Positions 41,700-53,395 of a stretch of 64,000 nt of DNA are shown piece by piece. The stretch is taken from NCBI GenBank assembly GCA_963822945.1, contig CAWGJO010000021.1, positions 160,001 to 224,000 on the forward strand, given 5' to 3'. The position numbers and the translations under genes were made by a program. The number at the start of each line of letters is the position of its first letter. The first letter of the stretch is position 1. The stretch is from an uncultured Gemmatimonadaceae bacterium. GTDB taxonomy: Bacteria; Gemmatimonadota; Gemmatimonadetes; Gemmatimonadales; Gemmatimonadaceae. The notes under the pieces are model-generated. The model saw only the letters and a program-made list of their open reading frames with translations. It ran no database searches and was not told the origin of the DNA.

Positions 41700-41763
41700 T
41701 CGCGGACGGCTCGCAACCACGCGGGCGGCGCGCAACCACGCGGACGGCGCGCAACCTCGCGGT
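41688..41763 (+). repeat. 4 x 19-bp tandem repeat (consensus CGGCGCGCAACCACGCGGA)
   Basis: Units start at 41688, 41707, 41726 and 41745. Confidence 0.85.
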
Positions 41764-41799
41764 CTCGCCTGGTGCGGCGCGACCGAGGCGTGACCCTGA

Positions 41800-41897
41800 T
41801 GTAGGGCAGAAAATGCTCGTTTCGGTGATCATTTTTCGGGGATGGCCGGGCTATGTCGCCCAGATGATCAGCTAAACGCGCAGAAAGTTGCCCTACA
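41800..41897. mobile_element. 98-bp MITE-like element with ~35-bp imperfect TIRs, TGT...ACA ends
   Basis: TGTAGGGCA/TGCCCTACA, TGCTCGTTT/AAACGCGCA and TGATCAT/ATGATCA arms; no target-site duplication seen. Confidence 0.45.
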
Positions 41898-41964
41898 AGC
41901 GGTGCTCGAAGGAGTTCCCACACCACGGCTCCCACGCAGCGCGACCGTGGGGGTAACGGAGCGG

Positions 41965-43227
<1,263 letters not shown>

Positions 43228-43384
43228 GAGCTGGTTCGTTCCTTGTCAGGGCGCGGCCTCCACCGCGGCGACGCCCTTCTAGTACTGCTGCCGGAAGGTC
43301 ACAAGTTGGTGGACCCAGACGAAAAGCCCGGGACTATCGCGCGATTGGCGGCGCACGGCGCAGAACGCAATGCTGGTGAACGGC

Positions 43385-43915
43385 TCAGGAGCAGAGGCCG
43401 CCGGCGCATGTCGAGGCCGCAGGGCATGCCCCGGCCGGCGCGGGGGTGCACTGGTCTTGCTCGCTCCAGGCGCGGACAGCGGTGCGGATCTCCTTGATGT
43501 TGGCGAGATCCGCCTCGGTACAGCCCCACACCTGCACGCGGCACTGGTCGTCACGGACCAGCAGCGCGAAGCCGTAGCTCTTCGCCGCCAGGCCGTCGAC
43601 CGGCTGGAAGGCGAGCGACGGAATCACGTACTGGCGCTCGAGGGCCGCCGATGTGTCGCCTTGGGACAGCGTGGCGTCATCCGGGCACGCTCCGTCGAAG
43701 ACCGCCGCTTCCACGTAGGCACCCTGAGCTACGACGTCGCAGGGATCCAGGAGCACCCACTGGGCCGTGCACGACGCAGGCTCGCGGGAGTCGTTCACGC
43801 ACAGCCCGCCCCCGGTGCCGCTGTCTTTGTCGCTGCTGCATCCCGCTGCCAGCAGGCCCGCCGAAACGATGACCACCAGGGCCGCCCCCAAACGCCGCAC
43901 TGTCATGTTCGCCAT
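43385..43915 (-). CDS. Cys-rich lipoprotein
   Basis: LAAGC lipobox; multiple Cys. Confidence 0.7.
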   Translation of the reverse strand: MANMTVRRLGAALVVIVSAGLLAAGCSSDKDSGTGGGLCVNDSREPASCTAQWVLLDPCDVVAQGAYVEAAVFDGACPDDATLSQGDTSAALERQYVIPSLAFQPVDGLAAKSYGFALLVRDDQCRVQVWGCTEADLANIKEIRTAVRAWSEQDQCTPAPAGACPAASTCAGGLCS

Positions 43916-43958
43916 TGGCACCTCTGTGAGCCAGTGTGCCACAGGCGCAGTCCACGCT

Positions 43959-44594
43959 CTATTTGGCGTTGGGCACGCGCTTGGGGACGTCCGGCGCGAG
44001 CAGTCGGCGGCTGGCGCGTACCAAGGCGCGTTCGCGTCGCACGATGGGAAGGAAACCGCTGCACGGTTGCTCTTCGCGTTCCGGACAGCTGGTGCAGGGC
44101 GCGCGGTTCGGACCGCGCCGGCGATAGCGCGCGCCGAGGGCCACCGTCGAGAGCGCGACGACAGCCGCCAGGATGGCGCCCTCCTGGGACAGCGACACGA
44201 TGCCGCCGACAGCGCCGAAGCCGAGAGCGGAAGACGGCAAGAAACGAGTGCCCCACTTGCTGCCGCCTTCTCCCGGAGTCAGCGACGCAGCGGCAAAGGC
44301 CACGCCGATGATGGCGACGAAAGCGGCCGCCACCCAGGGCGGGCCGATGAGCACGGCGGCGGCGGCACCGCAAACCGCGCCCAGCACCGCCAGGCTGCAG
44401 CCCTTGCACACCCGCCCGCGCTTGCCGACGCGAAATACCTCGGACTCGTAGCGCCCACACAGCGGGTGATGCGCGAAGCGATGAAAGCGGTGCGCCGCCC
44501 GCGAGAGCTGATCCACGTAGCGGACCACGTGCTCGGGCGGACGGGGCGGTCGAACGGCAGCGCGAGGGACGGACGTTGCGTTGCCCTGCGCCAT
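43959..44594 (-). CDS. membrane protein with His/Cys clusters
   Basis: HRFHRFAHHPLC, CKGC, about 4 TMs, CTSC...PC. Confidence 0.65.
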   Translation of the reverse strand: MAQGNATSVPRAAVRPPRPPEHVVRYVDQLSRAAHRFHRFAHHPLCGRYESEVFRVGKRGRVCKGCSLAVLGAVCGAAAAVLIGPPWVAAAFVAIIGVAFAAASLTPGEGGSKWGTRFLPSSALGFGAVGGIVSLSQEGAILAAVVALSTVALGARYRRRGPNRAPCTSCPEREEQPCSGFLPIVRRERALVRASRRLLAPDVPKRVPNAK

Positions 44595-44599
44595 CTCGT

Positions 44600-44931
44600 T
44601 CAGTCCTGGCGCAGCACCACGGCGGTACCGTAGGCGACGATTTCGTTGGTGTTCTGCATCAGCTCGCCGGAATCGAAGCGCATGCCGAGCACGCAATTCG
44701 CGCCCTGATCGAGCGCGTGCTTTTCGAGGCGGTTCATGGCTTCGTTGCGCGAGTCCGTGGCCAGCTCCGTGAGCGCCGAGATCTCCCCGCCGAAGATCTG
44801 CTGGCAGCCAGCGCAGGCAGTGCCCACACGCTGCGGGACCGCACGGTGATGCCCCAGCAGGGACCGACGATCCGCTCGATGTGCGAACCCGGCGGCGCAT
44901 CGAAGGTGGTGAGGATCGGGATCGAGTGCAT
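44600..44931 (-). CDS. ybjQ: YbjQ/UPF0145-family protein (frameshift ~44820)
   Basis: ILTT...GITVRSRSV, QIFGGEI, SRNEAMNRL, GANCVLGMRFD, EIVAYGTAV. Confidence 0.85.
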
Positions 44932-45033
44932 GGTGCAGTGGAAAAGCGGGCGGGCTGGCTGTCAACCGAGAATAAAGTGAGGTCGTCGCCGGGGCCGACA
45001 ATCGCCGGGCTCGCGCCGGACCGACATCCCTGC

Positions 45034-47304
45034 TCAAAACGACACGCGCCTGACTGACCACCGTCACGTCGCCGTGCTGGGATGCGGCGGCGGTCACGGG
45101 GCGCGCCGGCACGTTCAAGCCACGGGGAAAGCCCGGCGTGTGGTCGGCGACCAAGAGCTCGATGGGAGCCGCGCCGGTGGAGAGCTCCAGCGTGACGCCA
45201 TCGTCGCTGGGTCCGGCGAACACCACGCGGCGTCCGTGGTCCGTGGGCCAGGGAGTGACCGGCGCGCCCTCGAAGGACACGCCGCTCACCTGCGTCGAGT
45301 CGGGCCACTCGACGCTCAGTACTCGTGCGCCGCGTTGGGAGCGGAGCCTGAGGCGCAGGTGCCTGAGGGCTCCCCGCGGTGCGGAGGCGAGCAACTCGAC
45401 TTCCGGCGCCGGCAAGTGGACGCTCGGGCCTTCGGCGGCTCGCGCCTGGGGTCCCCAGCCGCCCAGCCACGGCGACGGATCCACCAACTCGGCGCCGAGC
45501 TTGGTGCGCTCGGCGAAGGCTTCGGAGATGGGTCCGCCGGACGCGTCCACGAGCCAGCGCGTGCGCGTGGGCTCGACCGAAAGGGCGATGCTCATGCGCT
45601 GCGGCGCCTCGCGGGAAAATGGTTTCTGCGCGGCGGCGACCCCGAGGCTGGCCAGGAAGCGCGATGCTCGCGGCGACGACGGTGCGGGATCTTGCGCCCG
45701 AGCGCGAGGGTGGGAAAGAGCGGCACGAACGGGGACAGGATCACGGCCCAGACCACCGCCGTAGCGCCGGGCACGGCAAAACCGATGGCGTCGCTCGAGC
45801 AGGATCGTGGCCAGCGGCAGCCACAGGACCCAGACCAGCGCGGCGGATACCAGCACCGCGAGGGGCAGAGCACCGTCGCTGCTACTCGCGGCGCGCGAAA
45901 CCGATGCAGGTTGCCAGCGCCGCGCCGAGGCCCGGTAGCAAGAGCACGAAGCTAGCCTTGGGCTCCAAGATCGCGACGACCGCAGCGCCGCCCAGCCAGA
46001 ACAGCTGAGCACCCGCCCACTCGTCCACGGCATGGCGCGCGGTCTTGGCAGCGAAGGCGACGGCGAGCGCGCCGGCTCCGGCGCAGGCAGCGGTGAATGC
46101 CGTGGGGTGGGCCACGAACGCTCCGGGCAGCGCACCGCTCGCTTTCCAAACGCGTTGTGCGAACGCGCCCAGCACGCCCGCAACGGCCAGCACCGCGAAG
46201 AAGCGCAACAGCGCCCAGAGCGATCCCGAAAGCGACAGTCCCCCGCGGCGCAGCAGGAGCAGCCCGCCGATGGCCGCCAAGGCCAGAGCGATGCCGGCCA
46301 AGATGCGCGCCCACAGCACGGGCCAGCTCACCACGGTAACGCCAAGAAGATCGAAGTAGACGGCATCGCCGCGGGGCGGCGACTCCACGGACGTCGAGCT
46401 GGACAGCGCGTGCACGGTGGCAAGGGCATTGTCGCCTTGATGCTGCAAGCTGCCCGGGTCGAGGTGTTCCAGATCGTCCAGCGGCGTGTGGTAGCGGGCG
46501 ACGCCGCCGATGAACGCGAAGCCGACTCCGTGGTACCCGTGCGCGCGGAACACCGACAGATCCGTGTCGTTGGGCATACGGCGGTAGACCGCGTAGAACA
46601 GCGAGCTCGTCACCGGATGCGAGAGGCGGGGCCCGACGCGGGCGAGCAGCCAGGCGTCGTCGGCGGTGGTTTCGAACAGCAGGCTCGGTCCCTGGGTGCC
46701 GCGCGCTTCGAGGTTCACGACGACGCCGACGTCTTTGCTCAGCTCGCGGTCCGCGACGAAGGCCTTGGCGCCGAGCAAGCCGACTTCCTCGCCGTCGTCG
46801 ATCAAGAGCAGCACTGGCAAGAGCGGCTTGTCCCCGGCGCGAAGGGCGCGGGCCACCTCGAGGATGGCCGCCACACCCGAGCCGTCGTCCGCTGCGCCCG
46901 GCCCCGCGCCCACGGAATCGTAATGCGCGGCGAGCATCACGGCGGGCCCCGGTTTCTGTCCCTCGATGCGCGCGATGACGTTCTGCACGCGAGCGCAGGT
47001 CCCGCGCCCACCGCAGGTCACGGCTTCTTGTCGCTTGGGCTCGAGGCCCAGGGCAGCGAAGCTCGTCCTCGATACGTTGACGCACGCGCTCGTTCTGCTC
47101 GGAACCGACCGGGTGAGGCGTCGAAGTTTGCAGAACGCGACCCAGCGCGGCGCGAGCTCGCGCTTCGGAGAACTGCTCGGGTGCTGCGTCTGCTGAACGG
47201 GGCCGCGTGGGTCTGAGCGCAGCGCGGGTGGCGAGGAGCGCCAGGAACAGCAAGGCGAGCGCGATGAAGAGTGCGCCGCGGCCGAGCTTTGCGCGCTCAG
47301 CCAC
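45034..47304 (-). CDS. membrane-bound M28-family peptidase (several frameshifts; 3' end approximate)
   Basis: AHYDS, GAADDGSG, DGEEVGLLGA, NLEARG, PNDTD, YHTPLD, then TM region and C-terminal domain. Confidence 0.85.
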
Positions 47305-48022
47305 GACGCGCCGCCGGGATCCGCACCCCAAGAGCGGCAAGCTCGGCGCTGGCGGCCTGAGACCAGCCGCGGTTGGCCTTGGGACTTGCGGGACTCGGAT
47401 GCAGCACCGAGCCCACCCTCACCCGCTCGCCGACCACCTCGCGGGCGCGCTTCTCCGCGAAGGCACCCACACCCACCAGGAGCTCCGGCTCGAGCAGCTT
47501 CACGGTGCGAACCAGCGCTTCGTTGCAGGCGTCGAACAGCGGCGCGCGCTCTGCCTCGGGCAGCTTGTCGGGAGTGCGGTTCTTGCCGCTCTCCTCCATG
47601 AACACCAGCGGACAGTAGTTGACCACGAAGTGCTCTCGGAAGAAGCGCTCCGGCGTGCCGAAGCGCTCCTTGGCGAAGCCCCACAGACGTGATCCGCTCA
47701 CCTCCGCGCGGGTGCACTCGAAGCCGAGGACCGGCCGCTTCGGATGCTCGCGCGGCGGGCGACCTACCTTTTCATGAATGCCGAGCCAGTCGCGAACCAA
47801 CGACACCTCGCCGAAGGGCACGCCGGTCTGGGCCATGCCGAAGGGACCCGGGTTCATGCCCAACAGCACCACGCGTTTCTTGCCCGTGCCAAAGCGCGAG
47901 AGATACGCCTCGTGCGGTGCGCGCGCGTACTCCAGCGGATTGTACACGAACCGCACCGGCTCGCCGAAGCGCAGCTTTGCCACCCGCTTGCACAAGTCGC
48001 GACTGATGCGTGTCAGGTCCAC
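47297..48022 (-). CDS. SMUG1-type (family 3) uracil-DNA glycosylase
   Basis: YNPLEYA, GMNPGPFGMAQTGVPFG, EVSGSRLWG, NYCPL, HPSPASP. Confidence 0.92.
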   Translation of the reverse strand: MDLTRISRDLCKRVAKLRFGEPVRFVYNPLEYARAPHEAYLSRFGTGKKRVVLLGMNPGPFGMAQTGVPFGEVSLVRDWLGIHEKVGRPPREHPKRPVLGFECTRAEVSGSRLWGFAKERFGTPERFFREHFVVNYCPLVFMEESGKNRTPDKLPEAERAPLFDACNEALVRTVKLLEPELLVGVGAFAEKRAREVVGERVRVGSVLHPSPASPKANRGWSQAASAELAALGVRIPAARRG

Positions 48023-48103
48023 TGGACCTGCGATAGACCAGCAGCGCGCTGCTGAAAAGCTCATCGAGGTGTCGGCGCGGTCGCTCTCGCCCTAGAATCA
48101 GAC

Positions 48104-51100
48104 ATGATGGGCGGCCCTGCCGAACAGCCGGAAAGCACACGGCACACCGAAGCGCCGACAGTGATCGATTCGGGCACACGGCCCGCCGGCGACGGCGCGT
48201 CGCGCTTGTTTGCGGATGGCACGACGATCCGTGATCGCTACCGGGTGGTGCGGCTCTTGGGCTTGGGCGGCTTCGGCGAGGTGTACGAGGTCCTGGACGA
48301 GCTCGCCGGCGGCCGGCGCTCGGCGCTCAAGCTCACCCGGCTGGTGGATGCCGACGCGCAATCTTTGGAGACGTTGAAGGCCGAGTTTTCGCTGCTCGCA
48401 TCCCTGTCCCACCCGAACCTGGCGGAGGTGCACGACTTCGGCCACATCGCCACCGACGTCGCCTACTTCACCCAATCCCTGGTCAGCGGCGAGCCGCTGA
48501 GCTCCTCCGGCCTGCGCCCCGACGATCCAGAAGCCATCCCTTTTTGGGCTCAGCTCTGTCGCGCGCTCGAGTACCTGCACGGGCGTGGCATCCTGCATCG
48601 CGACGTCAAGCCCTCGAACGTGCTGGTGGATCGCCAGGCGAACAAGCTCACGCTGTTGGACTTCGGCATTTCGCGCGCCTTCGGCGGCAGCGACGACCAC
48701 CGCCTGGTCGGCACCTTCGCCTACATGCCGCCCGAGGCCATCACCGCCGGCCCGCTGGACGCTCGCGCCGATCTGTACTCCCTGGGCATCACCTTGTACC
48801 GCCAGGTGATGGGCGAGGTTCCCTTCCGCGGCTCCGCCGCCGAGGTTCTCGCACAGCAGCTGTCCGCACCGGTGCCGGAGCTTCCCGAGTCCAAAGTGAA
48901 GCCCACCGTTGCGCGCGTCATCAAACGACTCTTGGAGAAGGATCCCGGCGCGCGTTTCGCCAGCGCCGCGGAGGCGCTCTCGGCGCTGGCGGAAGCCAAC
49001 GGCGTACGCCCGGACGCGGAGCCCGTGGAATCCCTGGCCAGCTACGTCCTCTCCGGTCGCTTCGTTGGCCACGAGGCGGCCGTGGAGCAACTGCGGGAGC
49101 GCGTCATCCTGCGCGAGCCCGGGGGCGCTGCGTTCGTCGTGGTGGGCGACGCGGGCAGCGGCAAGTCGCGCTTGCTGCGTGAGCTCCGGCAACGGGCTCA
49201 GCTCGCCGGCCGGCTGTGGGTCCAGGTTCGCGCGCGCCCCAGCTGGGCGGCCAAGTCCGTGGTTCCGTCCATCGCGCGCGCAGTGCTCACCCCCGCGGTC
49301 GTCGACCGCCTGTCCGACGACGACCGCAAGGAGCTGGCTCGCGCGCTGCCGGAGCTGCGCCGCCGCGGCGAGCGTCTGGGCATGGCGCTCGACCCGGAGC
49401 GCGCCCGGCGCGCACGCATCGAAGCACTGGGCCGCGCCCTGGCGCTGTGCTTCGAGCTCAACGCGGGCGCCCTCGCGGTGGAAGACGTGCACTGGGCGGA
49501 CGAAGACGTGGCCGAGCTGCTGGCCGGACTGGTGCTCTCCGCACGGCGCCACGGCGCCCGAGCAGCCTTCGTGCTCTCCTCGCGACCGAACCCGCTCGCG
49601 GACACGCTGGTGGGCACGCTGGGTGCCGACCCAATCTCGTGCGACACGCTCTCGCCGAGTGCCGCGCGGGAGCTTGTCGCGTCCATGTTCGGGCGCTCGG
49701 AGCTTCTGGACGACTGCGCCCTGGGCGCCCACCTGCGAGAGCACGGCGCGGTCGCTCAGCACCTGCAGGAATCCCTGCGCCTGGCCCTGGAGACCGGCGC
49801 CATCGTGCGGCAAAGCGGAGAGTGGGTGTTGGCCCGGGAGCTTCCCGCGCTGCCGGTGAACGAGGTGCTGTCCGCGCGCGTGCATCGGCTCGGGCGCGAG
49901 AGCCAGCGGCTGGCCCTGGCCGTCGCCGTGTTGGGCGGAGAGGCTTCCGGCGCGGAGCTCGCCGAGGTGGCTCCCCGCAGCTTCACCCTGGGTCTCCGCG
50001 CCCTGGTTCGCGCCGGCATCGTGGAAGAGCGCACCGACGACCGCGGCCGGGCACAGTACGCGATGCACGATCGCTACCGCGAGATGGTGATCCAGACGGC
50101 GCGGCCGGACAGCTTGCGCGCTGCCCACCGTCGAGCCGGAAAGCTCCGCCGCCGCACCGGCCGCGGCGACTGGCGCGCGCTCCTGCAAGCCGCGGAGCAC
50201 TACCAGAGCGGCGGCGATCTCGGCCGCGCGGTGCGCATCGCGATGGAGGCCGCGCGAGCCGCGGAAGCTGCGGGACGCCCGGATCAGGCCGCGCTGGCCA
50301 GCCAGATGGAGATCAGCCTGCACCGGGCTCACGGCCAGGTGCCGGTGGACGCCTGGCTTCGGCGACTGGACGCATGCGTGCTGGCAGGCGTCGGCGCGGG
50401 GGTGGACGAAGCGCTCGCCGCACTGCTGCGCCTGCTATCGAGTGCCACGCCGACCGAACGGCAAGAGATCCGTCTGCGCGAGGCGCGGGTGGCGGTGGCG
50501 CGCGGCGAGCCGGAGCGCGCCCGCCAAATCGTGGACACGCTGCAGGCGACCGACGTGTTGGCGGCGGAGGTCGCCATGGTCAGCGCCACCATCAACGAGG
50601 ACTACGGCAACCAGGCCCGCGCCCTGGAAGACTTCACTCGGGCAGCCGAGATCGCGAAGCAAGGCCGCGACACGGCGCTGGAGTCGCGCGCGTGGCTGGG
50701 CGCTTCCCTGGCCGCGCTGCGGTTGGGTGTGGCCCAGGCCGCGCGCGACACCGCGCGCCAATCCGTGCGCGCGGCTCGGGCGGCGGCGGATCCCGTCGCT
50801 CATTCCGAGGCGCTCCGCGCGCTGGGCAACGCGGAGCGCGAAATCGGCGAGGTGCGAGCCGCCTTGGGACTGTATCGGCGAGCCGTACGTTCCGCGCGCA
50901 GCTCCGGCAGCGCCCAGAGCGAAGCGAAGGCGCTGAACAACCTCGGAACCGTGTGCCAGTGGACGGGGCTGATCGGGGAAGCCGTTGCCGCTTTCGAGCG
51001 GTCTTTGCAGCTGAAGGACCGACTCGAGCTTCACGCCTCGGCGATGATCACCCGCAACAACGTCGGGCAGCTGTACTTGGCCTTGGGTCGAGTTGACGAC

Positions 51101-51764
51101 GCCGAAAGCGAGCTACGCGCCGTGGCGGCGGCGTCCAGCCAAGCCGCGCCCGTCGTGGTCGCGCTGGCCTGGTCGAACCTCGGCGACGTCGGCGTGGTGC
51201 GCGGGGATCTCGACGGTGCCATCGCCTGCTATCGGACCGCCCACGCCCAGAATGCCGAACGTGGAATCGCGGTGCAAGACTCCCACGCGCTGTGTGGCTT
51301 GATCCGTACGCTGTTGATGCGCGGGGCCGAAGGGGACGCCGAAGAGGCGCGCGCTCTGCGCGTGGAGTTCGACGCCCTCGAAGGCCGCCACGAGATGGCC
51401 GAATCGCGACGCCGCCACCACTCGGCGGCCGCTGCGTTGCTCGACTACGAGGGCAAGACACGCGAGGCCTTGGAGCGGATCCGACGCGCCTTCCAAGAAT
51501 CCGGCCGATCGCCGCATGCAGTACTCCGACGTGTTCGCTACCGCTTTGGAGGTGCGCTTGATGGAAGCCGTGCTGCTCCGGCGCTTGGGCCAAGCCGCCA
51601 AAGCCGAGCGCTGCGCCCGCCGCGCCGCGAAGCGCCTGCGGACCTACGCCGACAAGATGGGCGATGACGCCCGGAGCTTCGTCGAGGCCAGCCCCGCGCA
51701 TCGCGCCCTGGCCGCCTGCCGGCTCGACGCTCCACGCGGCTGGTATTGGCCGCAAGACATCTAA
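48104..51764 (+). CDS. Ser/Thr kinase - P-loop ATPase - TPR protein (frameshift ~51500)
   Basis: GLGGFG, HRDVKPSN, DFG; Walker A GDAGSGKS; VEDVHWAD; TPRs ALNNLG/WSNLG; tail in frame of 51516..51764. Confidence 0.9.
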
Positions 51765-51769
51765 ATCTG

Positions 51770-51792
51770 GTTTGTTGGTCCGGCGCGGAACC
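51770..51792 (+). repeat. REP-like motif copy GTTTGTTGGTCCGGCGCGGAACC
   Basis: Identical to the reverse complement of 30256-30278; 22/22 to 41678-41699. Confidence 0.8.
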
Positions 51793-51806
51793 CAGCAAGC
51801 GGCGCC

Positions 51807-52592
51807 TCAGCGTCCCTGCACCATCGGCACGAAGCGCACGTCCATCAGCTCCTTTCGCTCCAGCGCATCCCGTCCCGGACCGCGCCGCGTCCAGCGCTCC
51901 AGAAGCTGCACGCCGTCCTCGGGACCCACCGGCACCACCAGGCGTCCGCCTACCGCGAGCTGGTCCAGGAGCGCCTGGGGCACCTGTGGCGGAGCCGCCG
52001 TCACGATGATCACTTGAAACGGCGCTGCCTCGGGCCAACCTCGGTAGCCGTCCCCGGTGCGCAGCGCCACCTTGTCCTCGCCGTAGCCCAGGCGGCGGAG
52101 GTTCTCTTTGGCGAAGCGGGCGAGCTCGGGGACGATCTCGATGCTGAACACCTTCTGGCACAGCTCGGCGAGCACCGCAGCCTGGTAGCCGCTGCCGGTG
52201 CCGATTTCCAGACAGCGGTCGGTGGGCTTGGGCAGTGCCGCTTCGGTCATGGCCGCCACCACGTAGGGCTGGCTGATGGACTGGCCGGCGGGGATGGGCA
52301 GCGGCACGTCGGCATAGGCATAGTCGCGGAACGCCTCGGGCACGAACTCGTGACGTGGGACCTTGCGCGCCGCCGCCAGCACGCGTGCATCCTTGATGCC
52401 TTCGGCGACCAAGGCATTTTGGACCATGCTTTCGCGGGCGCGCGCGAGCTTCTCCTCCTCGCCGCTGACGGCGGGCCGAGTCGAGGCGCTCGGCGCGGCA
52501 GCTGGTTGCCTTTCGGCAGGCGCGTCGGCGTGCCGCGTTTCGGTGCCACGACACGACGAGAGCGCGGCGAGCAGCACGAGCGCGAGCCTCAT
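51807..52592 (-). CDS. pcm: protein-L-isoaspartate O-methyltransferase, copy 2, lipoprotein leader
   Basis: VPRHEFVP, QSISQPY, LEIGTGSGYQAA, GDGYRGW..APF, VRFVPM; MRLALVLLAALSSC. Confidence 0.92.
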   Translation of the reverse strand: MRLALVLLAALSSCRGTETRHADAPAERQPAAAPSASTRPAVSGEEEKLARARESMVQNALVAEGIKDARVLAAARKVPRHEFVPEAFRDYAYADVPLPIPAGQSISQPYVVAAMTEAALPKPTDRCLEIGTGSGYQAAVLAELCQKVFSIEIVPELARFAKENLRRLGYGEDKVALRTGDGYRGWPEAAPFQVIIVTAAPPQVPQALLDQLAVGGRLVVPVGPEDGVQLLERWTRRGPGRDALERKELMDVRFVPMVQGR

Positions 52593-52594
52593 GG

Positions 52595-53318
52595 TCAGCG
52601 CTCGCTCACCATCGGAACGAAGCGCACGTTCATGAGCTCTTCCTTCTCGAAAGCAGCGTCCCCCTGCCCCGGCTCGAGGCGGGTCCAGCGCTGGAGCGTT
52701 TGCACGCCGCCTTCCGGACCTACGGGCACGATCAACCGCCCCTTCTCCGCGAGCTGGTCCAAGAGCGCGCGGGGCACTTTCGGCGGAGCGGCCGTCACGA
52801 TGATCACCTGAAAGGGCGCCTCTTCGGGCCAGCCCTTGTAGCCGTCCCCGGTGTACAGCTGCACCCGGTCCGGCCCGTAGCCCAGGCGCCGCAGGTTCTC
52901 CTTCGCGAAGCGGGCGAGCTCGGGAACGATCTCGATGCTGAACACCTTCTGGCACAGCTCTGCGAGCACCGCAGCCTGGTAGCCGCTGCCGGTGCCGATC
53001 TCCAGGCAGCGATCCGTACGCTTCGGCAGCGCCGCCTCGGTCATGGCCGCCACCACGTAGGGCTGGCTGATGGTTTGACCCCAGCCGATGGGCAGCGGCC
53101 GATCGCTCGTATGCGTACTTGCGGCTGGGTTTGGGCACCAGCTCGTGGCGCGGCACCTTGCGCATCGCCGCGAGCACGCGGGCGTCTTTGACGCCGCGGG
53201 CCACGACCGTGCGCTTCACCATGGCGAGCCGCTGACGGGCGAAATCGTCGTCGCTCGGTTTGTCGCACGCGCCGACCGCCAGCACGGCGACGACGAGCCC
53301 TGAACGGGTCCCTATCAT
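52595..53318 (-). CDS. pcm: protein-L-isoaspartate O-methyltransferase, copy 1, lipoprotein leader (frameshift ~53075-53110)
   Basis: Same motifs split over two frames; LVVAVLAVGAC leader. Confidence 0.88.
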
Positions 53319-53395
53319 GCCTGCCGTCCTCGAGTTTGCGGTAGCGCATGGCGTCGGGCTTGGCAATTGACGCCCGACAACGGTAGTTACCCGCC

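Noticed and set aside
41688..41763. CRISPR array
   Set aside because: Units are contiguous with no unique spacers, and there are no cas genes.
35179..41897. The two 98-bp hairpin elements being one family
   Set aside because: Same length but no shared sequence or termini.
44600..46183. M28 peptidase-YbjQ fusion
   Set aside because: YbjQ has its own start in another frame; a likely peptidase stop at 45034 lies beside an A-run and is followed by a REP-like copy.
51807..53366. Single 519-aa double-Pcm fusion ORF
   Set aside because: The middle is out-of-frame nonsense; explained by an indel in copy 1, which has its own stop at 52595.
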